A stretch of 64,000 nucleotides of DNA from Candidatus Latescibacterota bacterium (GTDB taxonomy: Bacteria > Latescibacterota > UBA2968 > GCA-2709665). A model generated the notes under the pieces. That model saw nothing but the letters and a program-made list of their open reading frames with translations. It did no database searches and was not told where the DNA came from. Positions 8,409 to 18,203 of the stretch are shown one piece after another (the stretch's first letter is position 1; every line of letters begins with the position of its first letter). Position numbers and translations under genes: made by a program. The stretch spans positions 1,696,001-1,760,000 of the forward strand of contig OZ244937.1 in NCBI GenBank assembly GCA_965222075.1, in the 5' to 3' direction.

Positions 8409-11159
8409 ATGCCTCCAACCTTCGACTTCGATCAAATCGGCCGGCTTCCTGCGTCGAGTGACAACGTGGCCATTGCGACCCGGAAGCTGGATGCGGGCGA
8501 CCGGGTCACCTGTCTGCCTGCTTGCGCGCTGCGCGCAGGCAAGCGTGCTCCGCACAGGCAGGTCTGCAAAAACACGCGCTTCACCCTCAGCCACACCATC
8601 CTGGAAGGGCATCGCTTTGCCGTGCATCCGATTGCCGCTGGTGAGGCCCTCCTCTCCTGGGGCCTGCCCTTTGGCATCGCCACCCGTGCAATCGGGCCGG
8701 GCGACTACGCCTGCAACCCCCAGATCCTTGAAGCCCTCCGCTTGCGAAACCTCGACTTCGAACTCCCCTCCAGGCCCAATTTCCAGGACCGGATCGAACC
8801 CTGCGTGCTGGATGAACAGCGCCTCAAACCGGGGGTGCAGGTCTCTTCCTACCCCCAACCCCGCACCTTTAAAGGCTACCGCCGGGCCCCCTCGCGGGGT
8901 GTGGGCACCCGCAATAACATCGTCATCCTGGGGACCACCTCACGCACCGCCAGCTTCGCCAGACGGCTGGAAGAGCGCCTGAAGGGGCTGTCGGACGCTT
9001 ATGAGAACATCGACAACATCGTCGCCGTCGCCCACACCGAAGGCGGCGGTGGGGAACGTCCCAACAACCTCGACCTCCTGCTGCGCACCCTGGCCGGCTT
9101 TATTGTCCACCCCAATGTGGGAGCGGTGCTGGCGGTCGACTACGGAACCGAACCCCTGACCAACAAAATGCTCCGAACCTGCATGGAAGCAGAGGGCTAC
9201 CCCCTGCGGGAGGTCGTGCACGAATTCTTAACCCTCAAAGGCGGCTTTCAGGAAAACCTGGACATGGGTGAAGCCATCGTCAAGGGGTGGCTCGACACGG
9301 TCAACCGCACCTCCCGCACCGACGAGTCGGCCGCGCACCTGAAAATCGCCCTCCAGTGCGGGGGGTCGGACGCCTTCTCGGGCATCTCCGGCAACCCCCT
9401 CGTCGCCTGGGTCGCCCGGGAAACCATCCGCTACGGAGGGTGCGCCAACCTGGCCGAGACCGATGAACTGATCGGCGCGGAGTCTTACATCCTCCAAAAC
9501 GTCAAAGACCTCGACACGGCCCGGCGGTTTCTGGATACGATACAGCACTACAAAGACCTGGCCGCCTGGCACGGTACTACGGCTGAGGGCAACCCCTCCG
9601 GCGGCAACAAATTCAGGGGGCTTTACAACATCGTTCTCAAATCGATCGGCGCGGCCCAGAAGCGCCATCCGGACATCCGCTTAGACGAAGTCATCGCCTA
9701 CGCCGAACCGATGCGCGCCCCCGGCTACTATTTTATGGACAGCCCTGGAAACGACCTGGAAAGCGTTGCAGGGCAGGTCGCCTCGGGGTGCAACATGATC
9801 TTCTTCGTCACCGGCAACGGCTCCATCACCAACTTCCCCTTTGTGCCCACCCTCAAAATCATCACCACCACCGCCCGCTACGACCTCCTCTCCAACGAAA
9901 TGGACGTCAACGCCGGCGCCTACCTGGACGGCACACCGATGGACGACCTGGGCCGGCAGATGCTGGGCCTCACCTTAGACGTGGCCTCCGGCGCCCTCAG
10001 CAAAGGGGAACGGGCAGGGCACGCCCAGGTCTCCCTCTGGAGAAACTGGCGGCAGACCGACACCCGCGACCTGGAGCGCCTGCTCGCCCTCCCCCGGCCC
10101 GGGGGCGTCCCCATCCCGATCCGGACCGACCCTCGGCACAGCGCCCTGACCTTCAACGCCATCCACACCCCGAAAGGCCCCACGACCGACCGGATCGGCC
10201 TCATCCTGCCCACCAGCCTCTGCTCGGGTCAGATCGCCCGGATGGGCGCCGAACGCCTCACGCAGAAGGGCCTGGGCTGCGCGCAGGGCATCTCCCGCTT
10301 CGTGGCCCTGGCGCACACCGAAGGCTGCGGGGTTGCGGGCGAATCGGCCGAGCGCTTCTACAACCGCACCATGCTCGGCTACCTCACCCACCCCCTCGTC
10401 GCCTGCGGCCTCCTCCTCGAACACGGATGCGAAAAAACCCACAACGACTACATGCGCCACGAGCTTGAAGCCCTCAGCATCGATCCTGCCACCTTCGGCT
10501 GGGCCAGCGTGCAGCTGGACGGCGGCATCGAACGCGTCCTCCAAAAAGTGGAAGCCTGGTTCGCCTCCCAACTCGCCCGTGAAGGCGCCCCTCTTGAAGA
10601 ACCGGCAGGCTTAGACGCCCTCCGCCTGGGCCTGCTCACCTCCGGCCCCCTCTCCGACACCGCAGCCCGGAGCCTGGCCGGGCTCACGCGCACCCTGGTT
10701 GGCGCCGGCGGCACCGTCATCGTCCCCGAAACCGCCGGCCTCCTCGCCTCGCCCCCTTACCTGAAAAGCACGCTTGGAGACCGTCCGCCGGGCGCCTCGC
10801 TGGGCCACGGGCAACGGGCGGAGGCCCCCGGCTTCTACATCATGGAAACCCAGACCGACCACTGGGTGGAAATCCTCACCGGCCTGGGGGCCACCGGCGT
10901 CGAAATCCTCCTGGCACACACCGCAGAACACCCCATGCAGGGCCACCCTCTCCTGCCCATGCTCCAGGTCACCGCCTCAACGCGGGCCGTCTACGGCGGC
11001 GACATCGATCTCTATCTGGGAGAAAACCCTGCCGAAAACGTCGACGGGATACTCCGCCTGATCCTGAGCGTCGCCTCCCGGACCTGTACGCCCAGGGCCA
11101 ATATTCAGGGCAACACCGATTTCCAGTTTACCCGGGGGCTGCTGGGCGTTTCGATGTAG
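8409..11159 (+). CDS. UxaA/GarD-family sugar-acid dehydratase, internally duplicated (916 aa)
   Basis: SAF domain DNVAIA..GHRFA; GVGTRN, QCGGSD, GNPSGGN, TGNGS; second copy with HTEGCG and HGCEK. Confidence 0.88.
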   Translation: MPPTFDFDQIGRLPASSDNVAIATRKLDAGDRVTCLPACALRAGKRAPHRQVCKNTRFTLSHTILEGHRFAVHPIAAGEALLSWGLPFGIATRAIGPGDYACNPQILEALRLRNLDFELPSRPNFQDRIEPCVLDEQRLKPGVQVSSYPQPRTFKGYRRAPSRGVGTRNNIVILGTTSRTASFARRLEERLKGLSDAYENIDNIVAVAHTEGGGGERPNNLDLLLRTLAGFIVHPNVGAVLAVDYGTEPLTNKMLRTCMEAEGYPLREVVHEFLTLKGGFQENLDMGEAIVKGWLDTVNRTSRTDESAAHLKIALQCGGSDAFSGISGNPLVAWVARETIRYGGCANLAETDELIGAESYILQNVKDLDTARRFLDTIQHYKDLAAWHGTTAEGNPSGGNKFRGLYNIVLKSIGAAQKRHPDIRLDEVIAYAEPMRAPGYYFMDSPGNDLESVAGQVASGCNMIFFVTGNGSITNFPFVPTLKIITTTARYDLLSNEMDVNAGAYLDGTPMDDLGRQMLGLTLDVASGALSKGERAGHAQVSLWRNWRQTDTRDLERLLALPRPGGVPIPIRTDPRHSALTFNAIHTPKGPTTDRIGLILPTSLCSGQIARMGAERLTQKGLGCAQGISRFVALAHTEGCGVAGESAERFYNRTMLGYLTHPLVACGLLLEHGCEKTHNDYMRHELEALSIDPATFGWASVQLDGGIERVLQKVEAWFASQLAREGAPLEEPAGLDALRLGLLTSGPLSDTAARSLAGLTRTLVGAGGTVIVPETAGLLASPPYLKSTLGDRPPGASLGHGQRAEAPGFYIMETQTDHWVEILTGLGATGVEILLAHTAEHPMQGHPLLPMLQVTASTRAVYGGDIDLYLGENPAENVDGILRLILSVASRTCTPRANIQGNTDFQFTRGLLGVSM
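8509..8562. repeat. Two nested 27-nt palindromes in frame in the uxaA-like gene
   Basis: CCTGTCTG[CCTGCTTGCGCGCTGCGCGCAGGCAAG]CGTGCTCCGCACAGGCAGG; removing 54 nt gives DRVICKNTRFTLSH. Confidence 0.88.
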
Positions 11160-11252
11160 ATCTGAAATTCCAATGGACCTGCACATTACTTTTCACCTGA
11201 CTTTTTGGTGAGCATTGTCTATATTTATTCTAACTGAAGATAATGTGACAGA

Positions 11253-11282
11253 AGTAATACTGTTACTGATAATACGCTTACC
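11253..11282. promoter_or_regulatory. Tandem palindromic operator of the TA pair
   Basis: AGTAA-TACTG-TTACT followed by a degenerate copy GATAATACGCTTACC. Confidence 0.5.
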
Positions 11283-11292
11283 AGGGAGACAC

Positions 11293-11523
11293 ATGATGCG
11301 AGTGACAACCAAAGGTCAGGTGACCATACCTCAACATATACGGGAAAAAATGGGAATTACATCAGATACCGAGGTTGAATTTATAGAAGAAGAAAAACGC
11401 GTCTATCTGGTCAAAAAAACGTCACCTGTCCCGAAAAACAGCAGATTTCGGCGTTTCCGGGGGATTGCCACGGTCAAGATGTCCACCGATGAAATTCTGG
11501 CTTTAACCAGGAGCGATGAGTGA
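11293..11523 (+). CDS. vapB: AbrB/MazE-type antitoxin
   Basis: MRVTTKGQVTIPQHIREKMGI; start moved to ATG 11293; overlaps PIN gene. Confidence 0.88.
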   Translation: MMRVTTKGQVTIPQHIREKMGITSDTEVEFIEEEKRVYLVKKTSPVPKNSRFRRFRGIATVKMSTDEILALTRSDE

Positions 11524-11930
11524 CCGGGGTACTTGTTGATTCCAGCGTCATACTGGACGTGTTTGAAGACGACCCGAATTGGGCCGACTGGTCTGAATCC
11601 ACGCTATACCGCCATAGCATGACAGGCCCGCTGTATGTCAATCCCATTATATATTCGGAAGTCTCTATAGGCTTTGCACGTATTGAAGAATTGGAAGCGT
11701 CAATCACCGGATGTGGTCTTCAAATTATAGAGATGCCTAAAGAAGCCCTCTTTCTTGCGGGCAAGGCATTTGTCAACTACAGAAGACGCGGAGGCGCGAA
11801 AACATCTCTGTTACCGGACTTTTTCATCGGTGCGCACGCTGCGGTTGCCGGATTGAAGCTCCTGACCAGAGATACATCGCGGGTCAAAACCTATTTTCCA
11901 ACGGTTGAGTTGATTTCTCCACAGACATAA
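11520..11930 (+). CDS. vapC: PIN-domain toxin
   Basis: VLVDSSVILD, YSE, PDFFIGAHA, LLTRD. Confidence 0.92.
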   Translation: MTGVLVDSSVILDVFEDDPNWADWSESTLYRHSMTGPLYVNPIIYSEVSIGFARIEELEASITGCGLQIIEMPKEALFLAGKAFVNYRRRGGAKTSLLPDFFIGAHAAVAGLKLLTRDTSRVKTYFPTVELISPQT

Positions 11931-12031
11931 TATTCCCGCAACAAGGCCCTGAAGCATGCCTTCCCCAGGGTCTCGCTTTATGATCTGACTGCCGGTTCTC
12001 AGACTCGCCGGTCCGGTCGCACTCGTCCGCG

Positions 12032-12319
12032 CTACTCCTCCGCAATCCACTTCTGCATCGCCTCCACGATCTTCTTCCCCTGTTTCATACTCGAAATATT
12101 GAACTTGCTCCGGGGCAGATAGATCCCGTCCCGCTTCTGGTAGCGCCGGATCGTCACCTTCTTCGGGCCGTACTCCCCTGTTCTCCGGTCCAGATCCTGA
12201 TAGAGGAATATCACCGTGGCCCATGCCCCTCTGGACAGCACGTACCGGTCCACCTCCTTACAGAGCAGAACCCCATCCTCTTTGTAATTAATCGACAGGC
12301 CATCCACTGTTTCCGCCAT
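12032..12319 (-). CDS. Hypothetical protein (basic, possibly nucleic-acid binding)
   Basis: Protein-like 95-aa ORF, SRGAWAT..RRYQK..SKFNISS. Confidence 0.7.
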   Translation of the reverse strand: MAETVDGLSINYKEDGVLLCKEVDRYVLSRGAWATVIFLYQDLDRRTGEYGPKKVTIRRYQKRDGIYLPRSKFNISSMKQGKKIVEAMQKWIAEE

Positions 12320-12583
12320 AAAGCTTGGGCGAGCAAGAAAAAGGCCAAGAGTCCTTACAACAACAGTCGGACCCGGGTATCTAAGGTTATTTGCCAGGCG
12401 GCTTCTCAGGCTTAATCTTCTGAAAAATAATAGGAATTATGAAGAAATAAGGCAAGCATAATAGCTGCAAGACGCCCCTGCGGCCCACAATACCGCCTGC
12501 ATTTAAACGTTGCCAGCCAGTGCAAAAAGACGTTATCTTGCTCCCGCACCCTCTTCTCCAACCTCTCCATCAGGAGGCCACCC

Positions 12584-13447
12584 ATGCGCCTCGGCATCGT
12601 CGGCATGCTCCCGGGCGATTTTCGCACGTTCACGGACGATCACTTCCACGCCATCCGGAACCTGGGCTTCACCGGCGCCGGCTTTCACTTTCCGGGCGAC
12701 CTGATCAACCAGACCGCCCCGGAAGATGCGGCCCGCTGCAAAGGCCGGTTTGCCGCCCACCGCATCGATCTCGCCCAGTTCGCCATCACCTACGGCGACT
12801 GCCTCTTCGACCCCGATCCGGATGCGCGGCAGGCTGCTGTGCAAAAGATCGCCCGGGGGGCCGAAATCGCCGCGCAACTCAACGCCCAGACCTACCTCAT
12901 CCGCCCCGGCAGCCTCAACCCCGCAGGCCCCTGGACGCCCCACCGGGACAATCATCGGCCCGACGCGATGGAGCGCCTCATCGAAACCCTCAAAACGATC
13001 CTTCCCCACCTCGAAGCCGAAGGCGTCACCGCGGTCCTGGAAACCCATGCCATCTCCATCCTCAACACCCCCGAAACCTGCCGTTCCATCGTCGAAGCCG
13101 TAAACAGCCCCCGCCTCCGGCTCGTCATGGACCCTGTCAACCACTTCGAGTCTCTCCGGCAGGTCTACGCCGGCGCCGACCGCCTCAACCACATCTTCGA
13201 CCTGATGGGTGCCCTCTCCCCGGTCTGCCACGTCAAAGACATCGCCGCCGGCAACCGCCTCGTGATCCACCTGGACGAAACCGTCCCCGGCGAGGGCGAA
13301 CTCGACATGGCCCTCCTCCTCCACCGCTTCCACACCGCCCACCCCGATGGCTACGCCCTCATCGAGCACCTCGGCCCGGACCAGATCCCCACAGCCGCGG
13401 AAAACGTCCGCCGCATCGCCGCCGGGGCCGGCATCCCCATTCACTGA
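12584..13447 (+). CDS. Sugar phosphate isomerase/epimerase (TIM barrel)
   Basis: LETH, MDPVNH, HVKD, PGEGELD, IEH; RBS AGGAGG. Confidence 0.85.
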   Translation: MRLGIVGMLPGDFRTFTDDHFHAIRNLGFTGAGFHFPGDLINQTAPEDAARCKGRFAAHRIDLAQFAITYGDCLFDPDPDARQAAVQKIARGAEIAAQLNAQTYLIRPGSLNPAGPWTPHRDNHRPDAMERLIETLKTILPHLEAEGVTAVLETHAISILNTPETCRSIVEAVNSPRLRLVMDPVNHFESLRQVYAGADRLNHIFDLMGALSPVCHVKDIAAGNRLVIHLDETVPGEGELDMALLLHRFHTAHPDGYALIEHLGPDQIPTAAENVRRIAAGAGIPIH

Positions 13448-13549
13448 GCATCCCCCCTTCCCCTTTTTAACCCCTTGACGTTCCCTCCAATGCTGACCAT
13501 ATTAGGGGAAAACGCGTCTCTCTTTTCACAAATCCCTCAGGAGCAGCCC

Positions 13550-14407
13550 ATGCAACCCGAACTCATTGCCGACTACCGGTGTGAAACAGGCGAAGGCCCC
13601 CTCTGGCACCCCATGGAAAAACGGCTCTACTGGGCAGATATCCCTGCAGGCCGGATATTTCGCTACGATCCCGCAACCGGGCACCACGAGCAGTGCTATG
13701 AAGGCGATATTGTCGGCGGATTTACGCTCCAGGCCGACGGTTCCCTCCTCCTCTTCATGGACAGAGGCGCGGTCAAAATCTGGCGGGATGGAGAATTGAC
13801 CACGGTCCTGGAAGACATCTTCGAAGAGCGGGCAACCCGTTTTAACGACGTCATCGCCGACCCTGCGGGCCGGGTCTTCTGCGGCACCATGTCCACCCCG
13901 GACCGGCCGGGCCGGCTCTATCGCCTGGACGCCGACGGCGATTACACCCGGGTGGTGGACAACGTCGGCGTGTCCAACGGGCTGGGCTTTACCCCAGACC
14001 GCAAGCAGATGTATTACACCGACTCGACCGCCGGGAAAATCTACCTTTTCGACTACGATGAAAAAACCGGCGACATCGCCAACCAGCAGGTCTTCGCCCG
14101 GGTCCCTCCCCAGGAGGGCATCCCCGATGGCATGACCGTAGACGCCCTTGGCCACGTCTGGTCCGCCCGCTGGGACGGGAGCTGCCTGGTCCGCTACACG
14201 CCGGGTGGTATTGAGGAACGCCGCATCCTCTTTCCGGTCAAAAAGGTCTCCAGCGTCACCTTCGGCGGCAGTGATTACACCGACATGTACGTCACCACGG
14301 CGGGTGGAGACAACAAACCGGAAGAAGGCGAAGGCGCCGGGGCCCTCTTCCGGCTCAACCTGGGCATTCGAGGCGTAGAAGAGTTTTATTCCCGAATCGG
14401 CCTCTGA
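13550..14407 (+). CDS. SMP-30/gluconolactonase family
   Basis: TGEGPLW, RFND, SNG, PDGMTVD; start moved to ATG 13550 (RBS AGGAG). Confidence 0.92.
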   Translation: MQPELIADYRCETGEGPLWHPMEKRLYWADIPAGRIFRYDPATGHHEQCYEGDIVGGFTLQADGSLLLFMDRGAVKIWRDGELTTVLEDIFEERATRFNDVIADPAGRVFCGTMSTPDRPGRLYRLDADGDYTRVVDNVGVSNGLGFTPDRKQMYYTDSTAGKIYLFDYDEKTGDIANQQVFARVPPQEGIPDGMTVDALGHVWSARWDGSCLVRYTPGGIEERRILFPVKKVSSVTFGGSDYTDMYVTTAGGDNKPEEGEGAGALFRLNLGIRGVEEFYSRIGL

Positions 14408-14419
14408 GAGGAACGCAAA

Positions 14420-15124
14420 ATGTGTGGACGCTTTACGCTTGCCACCCCGGCGGATGACCTCCAGCAGGCCTTCCCCGGATTCGCCTTTCCGGACGAGATG
14501 CCCCTCCGCTACAACATCGCGCCGAGCCTGGAGGTTGCCCTGGTCCCCAACAACGGGGAAAACCGGGTGCAGCACTTCCGGTGGGGCCTTGTCCCCCCCT
14601 GGGCGAAAGACCCCAAAATCGGCAACCGGATGATCAATGCACGCTCGGAAACCCTGGCCGAGAAGCCCTCCTTCCGGACCGCCTTCCGAAAACGGCGGTG
14701 CCTCATCCTGGCGGACGGCTTCTATGAATGGCGCAAACATCCGGGCGTCAGCGCCAAAACGCCTGTTTACATCCGGCTACAATCCGGCAAATCCTTTGCC
14801 TTCGCCGGCCTCTGGGAATCCTGGAAACAGCCCGACGCCCCCCCCCTCCTCTCCTGCACGATTATCACCACAGAGCCAAATGCGCTCGTAGAAAAAATCC
14901 ACAGCCGGATGCCCGTTATTCTCCCCCCCGGGGCCTACGACCAATGGCTCGACCCGGCCGAACAGCAACCGGACCGGTTGGCAGACCTGCTCAAACCCTA
15001 TCCCGATTCGGAAATGACGGCCTACCCGGTCTCCACCTTAGTCAACAACCCCAGGGCGGACACGCTTGCGTGCATCAAGCCTGTGGAAACGCAGGCGCAA
15101 CCCGACCAGCCGTCGCTTTTTTAA
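14420..15124 (+). CDS. SRAP (YedK/HMCES-like) abasic-site protein
   Basis: MCGRF N-terminus, RYNIAP, NARSET, FYEW, IHSRMPVIL. Confidence 0.95.
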   Translation: MCGRFTLATPADDLQQAFPGFAFPDEMPLRYNIAPSLEVALVPNNGENRVQHFRWGLVPPWAKDPKIGNRMINARSETLAEKPSFRTAFRKRRCLILADGFYEWRKHPGVSAKTPVYIRLQSGKSFAFAGLWESWKQPDAPPLLSCTIITTEPNALVEKIHSRMPVILPPGAYDQWLDPAEQQPDRLADLLKPYPDSEMTAYPVSTLVNNPRADTLACIKPVETQAQPDQPSLF

Positions 15125-15230
15125 GCGGCAACTTGCAGGTCGGGAAGACAGAAGCCGGGATTGGGTTATCCCGGCTTTCTTTATCACAGGCACCAGCTTT
15201 GTGGTAGGCGTCCATCACCGCACAAATTTT

Positions 15231-16019
15231 TCAAGCCCGCGCCAGGTCTACGTAGGCCCGGAACAGATCCGAGTAGTAGGCCACAAACATCCACAGATCC
15301 CCCACCCCCCGGTCCGCGCTGCGCTCGGCCTCAGCCGACATGTAGCCCTCGTAGCCCTTTTCGTGGAGCAGCCGGAACAGCTCCCGGTAGGGGTAGCCCT
15401 GTCCTGCCAGGTCGTGCATGTGGACATGATCCAGCCAGAACCAGACCGTATCCAGGGCCTTTTCGACCGACCCGTCCACCACATCCTGCGGCACCGAATT
15501 CCAGATCAGCCCGAAATTCTCGTGGTCCACCTGCTCGGCCACCGCCCTGCAGGCCTGCCAGTCGAACTCCCCGTGCAGTTCCAGGCTGGGCTTCACCCCT
15601 CTTTGCGTCCCGTAATCGCACAGCTCCCTCAGCGCCTCGGCCACCTGCGCAATCGTCCTCTCCCTGGACACCCCCTCCGGAAAATTGTTCCCGAACACCC
15701 GCACCCGGGGCGCTCCCAGGTCCGCTGCCAGGTCCATCCGGACCTTTGTTTCCTCAATATGTTTTCTGAGATCCCCAGCATCCGGATCGTGGTACCGGTT
15801 GCCCGTTGCCACACTCATAATCCTGATCCCCGCCACGGCGCAATCGGCCACCACCTGCTTCCGTTCCGCCTCATCGATCGACGCCTCCACCCCGTGTCCG
15901 TGGTTCGCGTCCGTGCGAAACTCCACCCCCTCAAACCCGTGGTCCTTCAACATCGCCAGCAGATCCGACCGCGACAAATCTTTCAGAACGCCATAGGTCA
16001 TCCACGATGGTTTCATCAT
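15231..16019 (-). CDS. Sugar phosphate isomerase/epimerase (TIM barrel)
   Basis: GFEGVEFR, RVFG, LELHG, HVHMHD. Confidence 0.85.
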   Translation of the reverse strand: MMKPSWMTYGVLKDLSRSDLLAMLKDHGFEGVEFRTDANHGHGVEASIDEAERKQVVADCAVAGIRIMSVATGNRYHDPDAGDLRKHIEETKVRMDLAADLGAPRVRVFGNNFPEGVSRERTIAQVAEALRELCDYGTQRGVKPSLELHGEFDWQACRAVAEQVDHENFGLIWNSVPQDVVDGSVEKALDTVWFWLDHVHMHDLAGQGYPYRELFRLLHEKGYEGYMSAEAERSADRGVGDLWMFVAYYSDLFRAYVDLARA

Positions 16020-16152
16020 ATCCTCCTTTCCTTAGTTCCTTGAATCCGTTAGCCAGGTATGTCATTCCCTAAGAATACGCTCATTTTTCAGATCCGTCCA
16101 CAACTTTCTGATATACCTCTCTGATCCGGGGGGCAAACTCCCACTTTTTTGC

Positions 16153-16180
16153 TTGACAGCGTAGAGCAGTTTGCCATAAT
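16153..16180 (+). promoter_or_regulatory. Sigma70-like promoter facing the 1.3-kb intergenic region
   Basis: TTGACA-16 nt-CATAAT with TGn extension. Confidence 0.5.
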
Positions 16181-16868
16181 ATTTCTAATAGACCGTTTGT
16201 TATGATGGATTATTTTTTTATCAGAAAATGATTGTCTGAAAATTGATTATTCTTGAGAGGCTAATCTCGCATCAGGGCGTTCCGGGATCGCAGGTTGCAG
16301 ATGTTTGACATGAGGGGGACACACCATGTGGAGTACCGTCGTGGGACGGCTCTTTCCGGTAATCGTCGACGGTCTTATCTCCGCTTGCTCGCTTGCGAGG
16401 GACTCGACCGCAGTCCGAACAGAGCGCGCGGTTCCGTCGACCGCCCAACATCGATATCCACCTTCGCTGGCAGGGCGAAAGATTCTGTGGATACGTCAGA
16501 GATATTCGCGCTGTGCATATCGACGGCGCCGCGCGAGAAATCCCTTGTTCCGGTTGACGAAATCGAATATACTCATGTTCGCCCTTTTGTCGCCTCCAAC
16601 CCGCCGCGATGCGCCCATCTCGTTGGGTTCGAACGTGTCGCTCTTTTACCCTGCGCAATCGCCGCGTCTTTTGTACAGTAGTTGTCATGCGCCCTTTGGG
16701 GCACCCATTAGGATGAAAATAGCTGCCTGCAGACTTGTGCTGTAACCGTACACGCCCTCTCACGCATCTCGCCGTGCGATCCCCCCACCGGCGCGCCTGC
16801 GGGCTGGCGCCCCGCAACCAAGGGGGGAGTAATGGTGGCCACGGTGAATTTGCTGCAGCCGTCGCCTG

Positions 16869-16946
16869 GTGGGCAACCACGAGGGTTGCCCCTACAAATG
16901 CAACGGCGTGGACAACCACGAGGGGTGCCCACGCAAATGCTGCGGG
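16869..16946 (-). repeat. Two tandem 39-nt units carrying a GTAG-type REP hairpin
   Basis: Minus strand GTAG-GGGCAACC-CTCGT-GGTTGCCC; second unit degenerate. Confidence 0.75.
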
Positions 16947-17079
16947 GCGGAAGGGGCTTTTCCGCGCAGATCCCCCAAGCACTTCGCCCAAAAACGCCCC
17001 AAAGGTCCGCTGGGCACAACCGCCTGCTGCCACCACAGGGTCAGTTCGCGGAAAAGCAGCCCCCGCGGCGTTTGAGCGG

Positions 17080-17136
17080 CCTGCCTGCAGCGCGGTGCGC
17101 CGGCCTGTGCGTCGCACGCAGACAGGCCCAGGCAGG
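17080..17136. repeat. Nested palindromes (27 nt inside 30 nt), intergenic
   Basis: CCTGCCTGCAGCGCGGTGCG[CCGGCCTGTGCGTCGCACGCAGACAGG]CCCAGGCAGG; inner reverse complement is 24/27 identical to the outer uxaA element. Confidence 0.85.
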
Positions 17137-17197
17137 CGCGGCCTTTTTCCTGGGCGAGCAACGAACGTCAACCTGCCGCCACCTCCTCCGCCTTTCT

Positions 17198-17235
17198 CCC
17201 CCTTTCCTCTCAGGAAAGGGGGCCGGGGGGATAGG
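17198..17235. repeat. GC-rich hairpin of a third type
   Basis: CCCCCTTTCCT-CTC-AGGAAAGGGGG (11-bp perfect stem) plus CCGGGGGGATAGG. Confidence 0.55.
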
Positions 17236-17343
17236 TCACTATACCGCAACACATCCACCGGGTTCGCCCGCGCCGCACGGACCGCTTAAACCCAATAAAA
17301 ACAACAAGTTCGGTTGCAATCTGAAAGGTTATTTTCTAAGTAG

Positions 17344-18132
17344 ATGCAAAACCCACCCATTATCACCGTAGAGAATGCGTGCAAGACCTTTACCGGGGAC
17401 CGCGGGGAGGTCCAGGCCCTGGACGGCTTCGATATGGCCGTGCGAGAAGGCCAGTTTGTATCCATTGTGGGACCGAGCGGTTGCGGCAAGAGTACCCTCC
17501 TCTGGGCCATGGCCGCGCTCTGGCCGCTCACGTCGGGTAGAATTACCGTCAACGGGCGGGAGGTTCTGGAACCCCGGAGGGAGATCGGCATGGTCTTCCA
17601 GACCTCCAACCTGCTGCCGTGGCGCAACCTGCTGCAGAATATCCGTTTTCCCTTTGAAATCATGCGGGAAGACCCGGAACACTACCGGGATCGTATCGAT
17701 GACCTGATCGAGATCACGGCCCTGAAGGGCTTTGAACATCACTATCCCCGCGAACTCTCAGGAGGCATGCAGCAGCGGGCATCCATCGTCCGGGCGCTCG
17801 CGTACGACCCCGGGGTTCTGTTGATGGACGAACCCTTCGGCGCACTGGATGCCTTCACCCGGGACGAAATGAACCTGATGCTCCTCAACATCTGGGAACA
17901 GTCCCGCAAAACCATCGTCTTCGTTACCCATCAGATCCCCGAAGCCGTCTACCTCTCCGACCGGGTTTACGTGATGACCCCCCGTCCGGGCAGGAACTCA
18001 AGAATATATGACATCGATCTGCCCCGCCCCCGCCCGTTATCCATTACCGCCGAACCTCATTTTTTTGAAATCGTCGCCGAAATCAAACAGACCATTTTCC
18101 ACGACGTACAGAACGATGCCGCGTCAGCCTGA
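17344..18132 (+). CDS. ABC ATPase, TauB/SsuB class
   Basis: GPSGCGKS, LSGGMQQR, LLMDEPFGALD. Confidence 0.95.
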   Translation: MQNPPIITVENACKTFTGDRGEVQALDGFDMAVREGQFVSIVGPSGCGKSTLLWAMAALWPLTSGRITVNGREVLEPRREIGMVFQTSNLLPWRNLLQNIRFPFEIMREDPEHYRDRIDDLIEITALKGFEHHYPRELSGGMQQRASIVRALAYDPGVLLMDEPFGALDAFTRDEMNLMLLNIWEQSRKTIVFVTHQIPEAVYLSDRVYVMTPRPGRNSRIYDIDLPRPRPLSITAEPHFFEIVAEIKQTIFHDVQNDAASA

Positions 18133-18203
18133 CGAAAGCCGACGACGTGCGGCAGCGGTAACCGAATACGTCGAACTTCCGCCCCTCGCCAACGGTTCGA
18201 CCC

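Noticed and set aside
12330-12420. Minus-strand GCCGCCTGGCA suggests a ZTP riboswitch 3' hairpin
   Set aside because: 5' aptamer domain missing and no purine/folate gene downstream
16869-16946. Possible CRISPR array
   Set aside because: Two adjacent units, no unique spacers, no cas genes
16272-17371. Long overlapping ORFs in the intergenic region
   Set aside because: Arg/Pro/Gly-rich translations of repeats, no motifs
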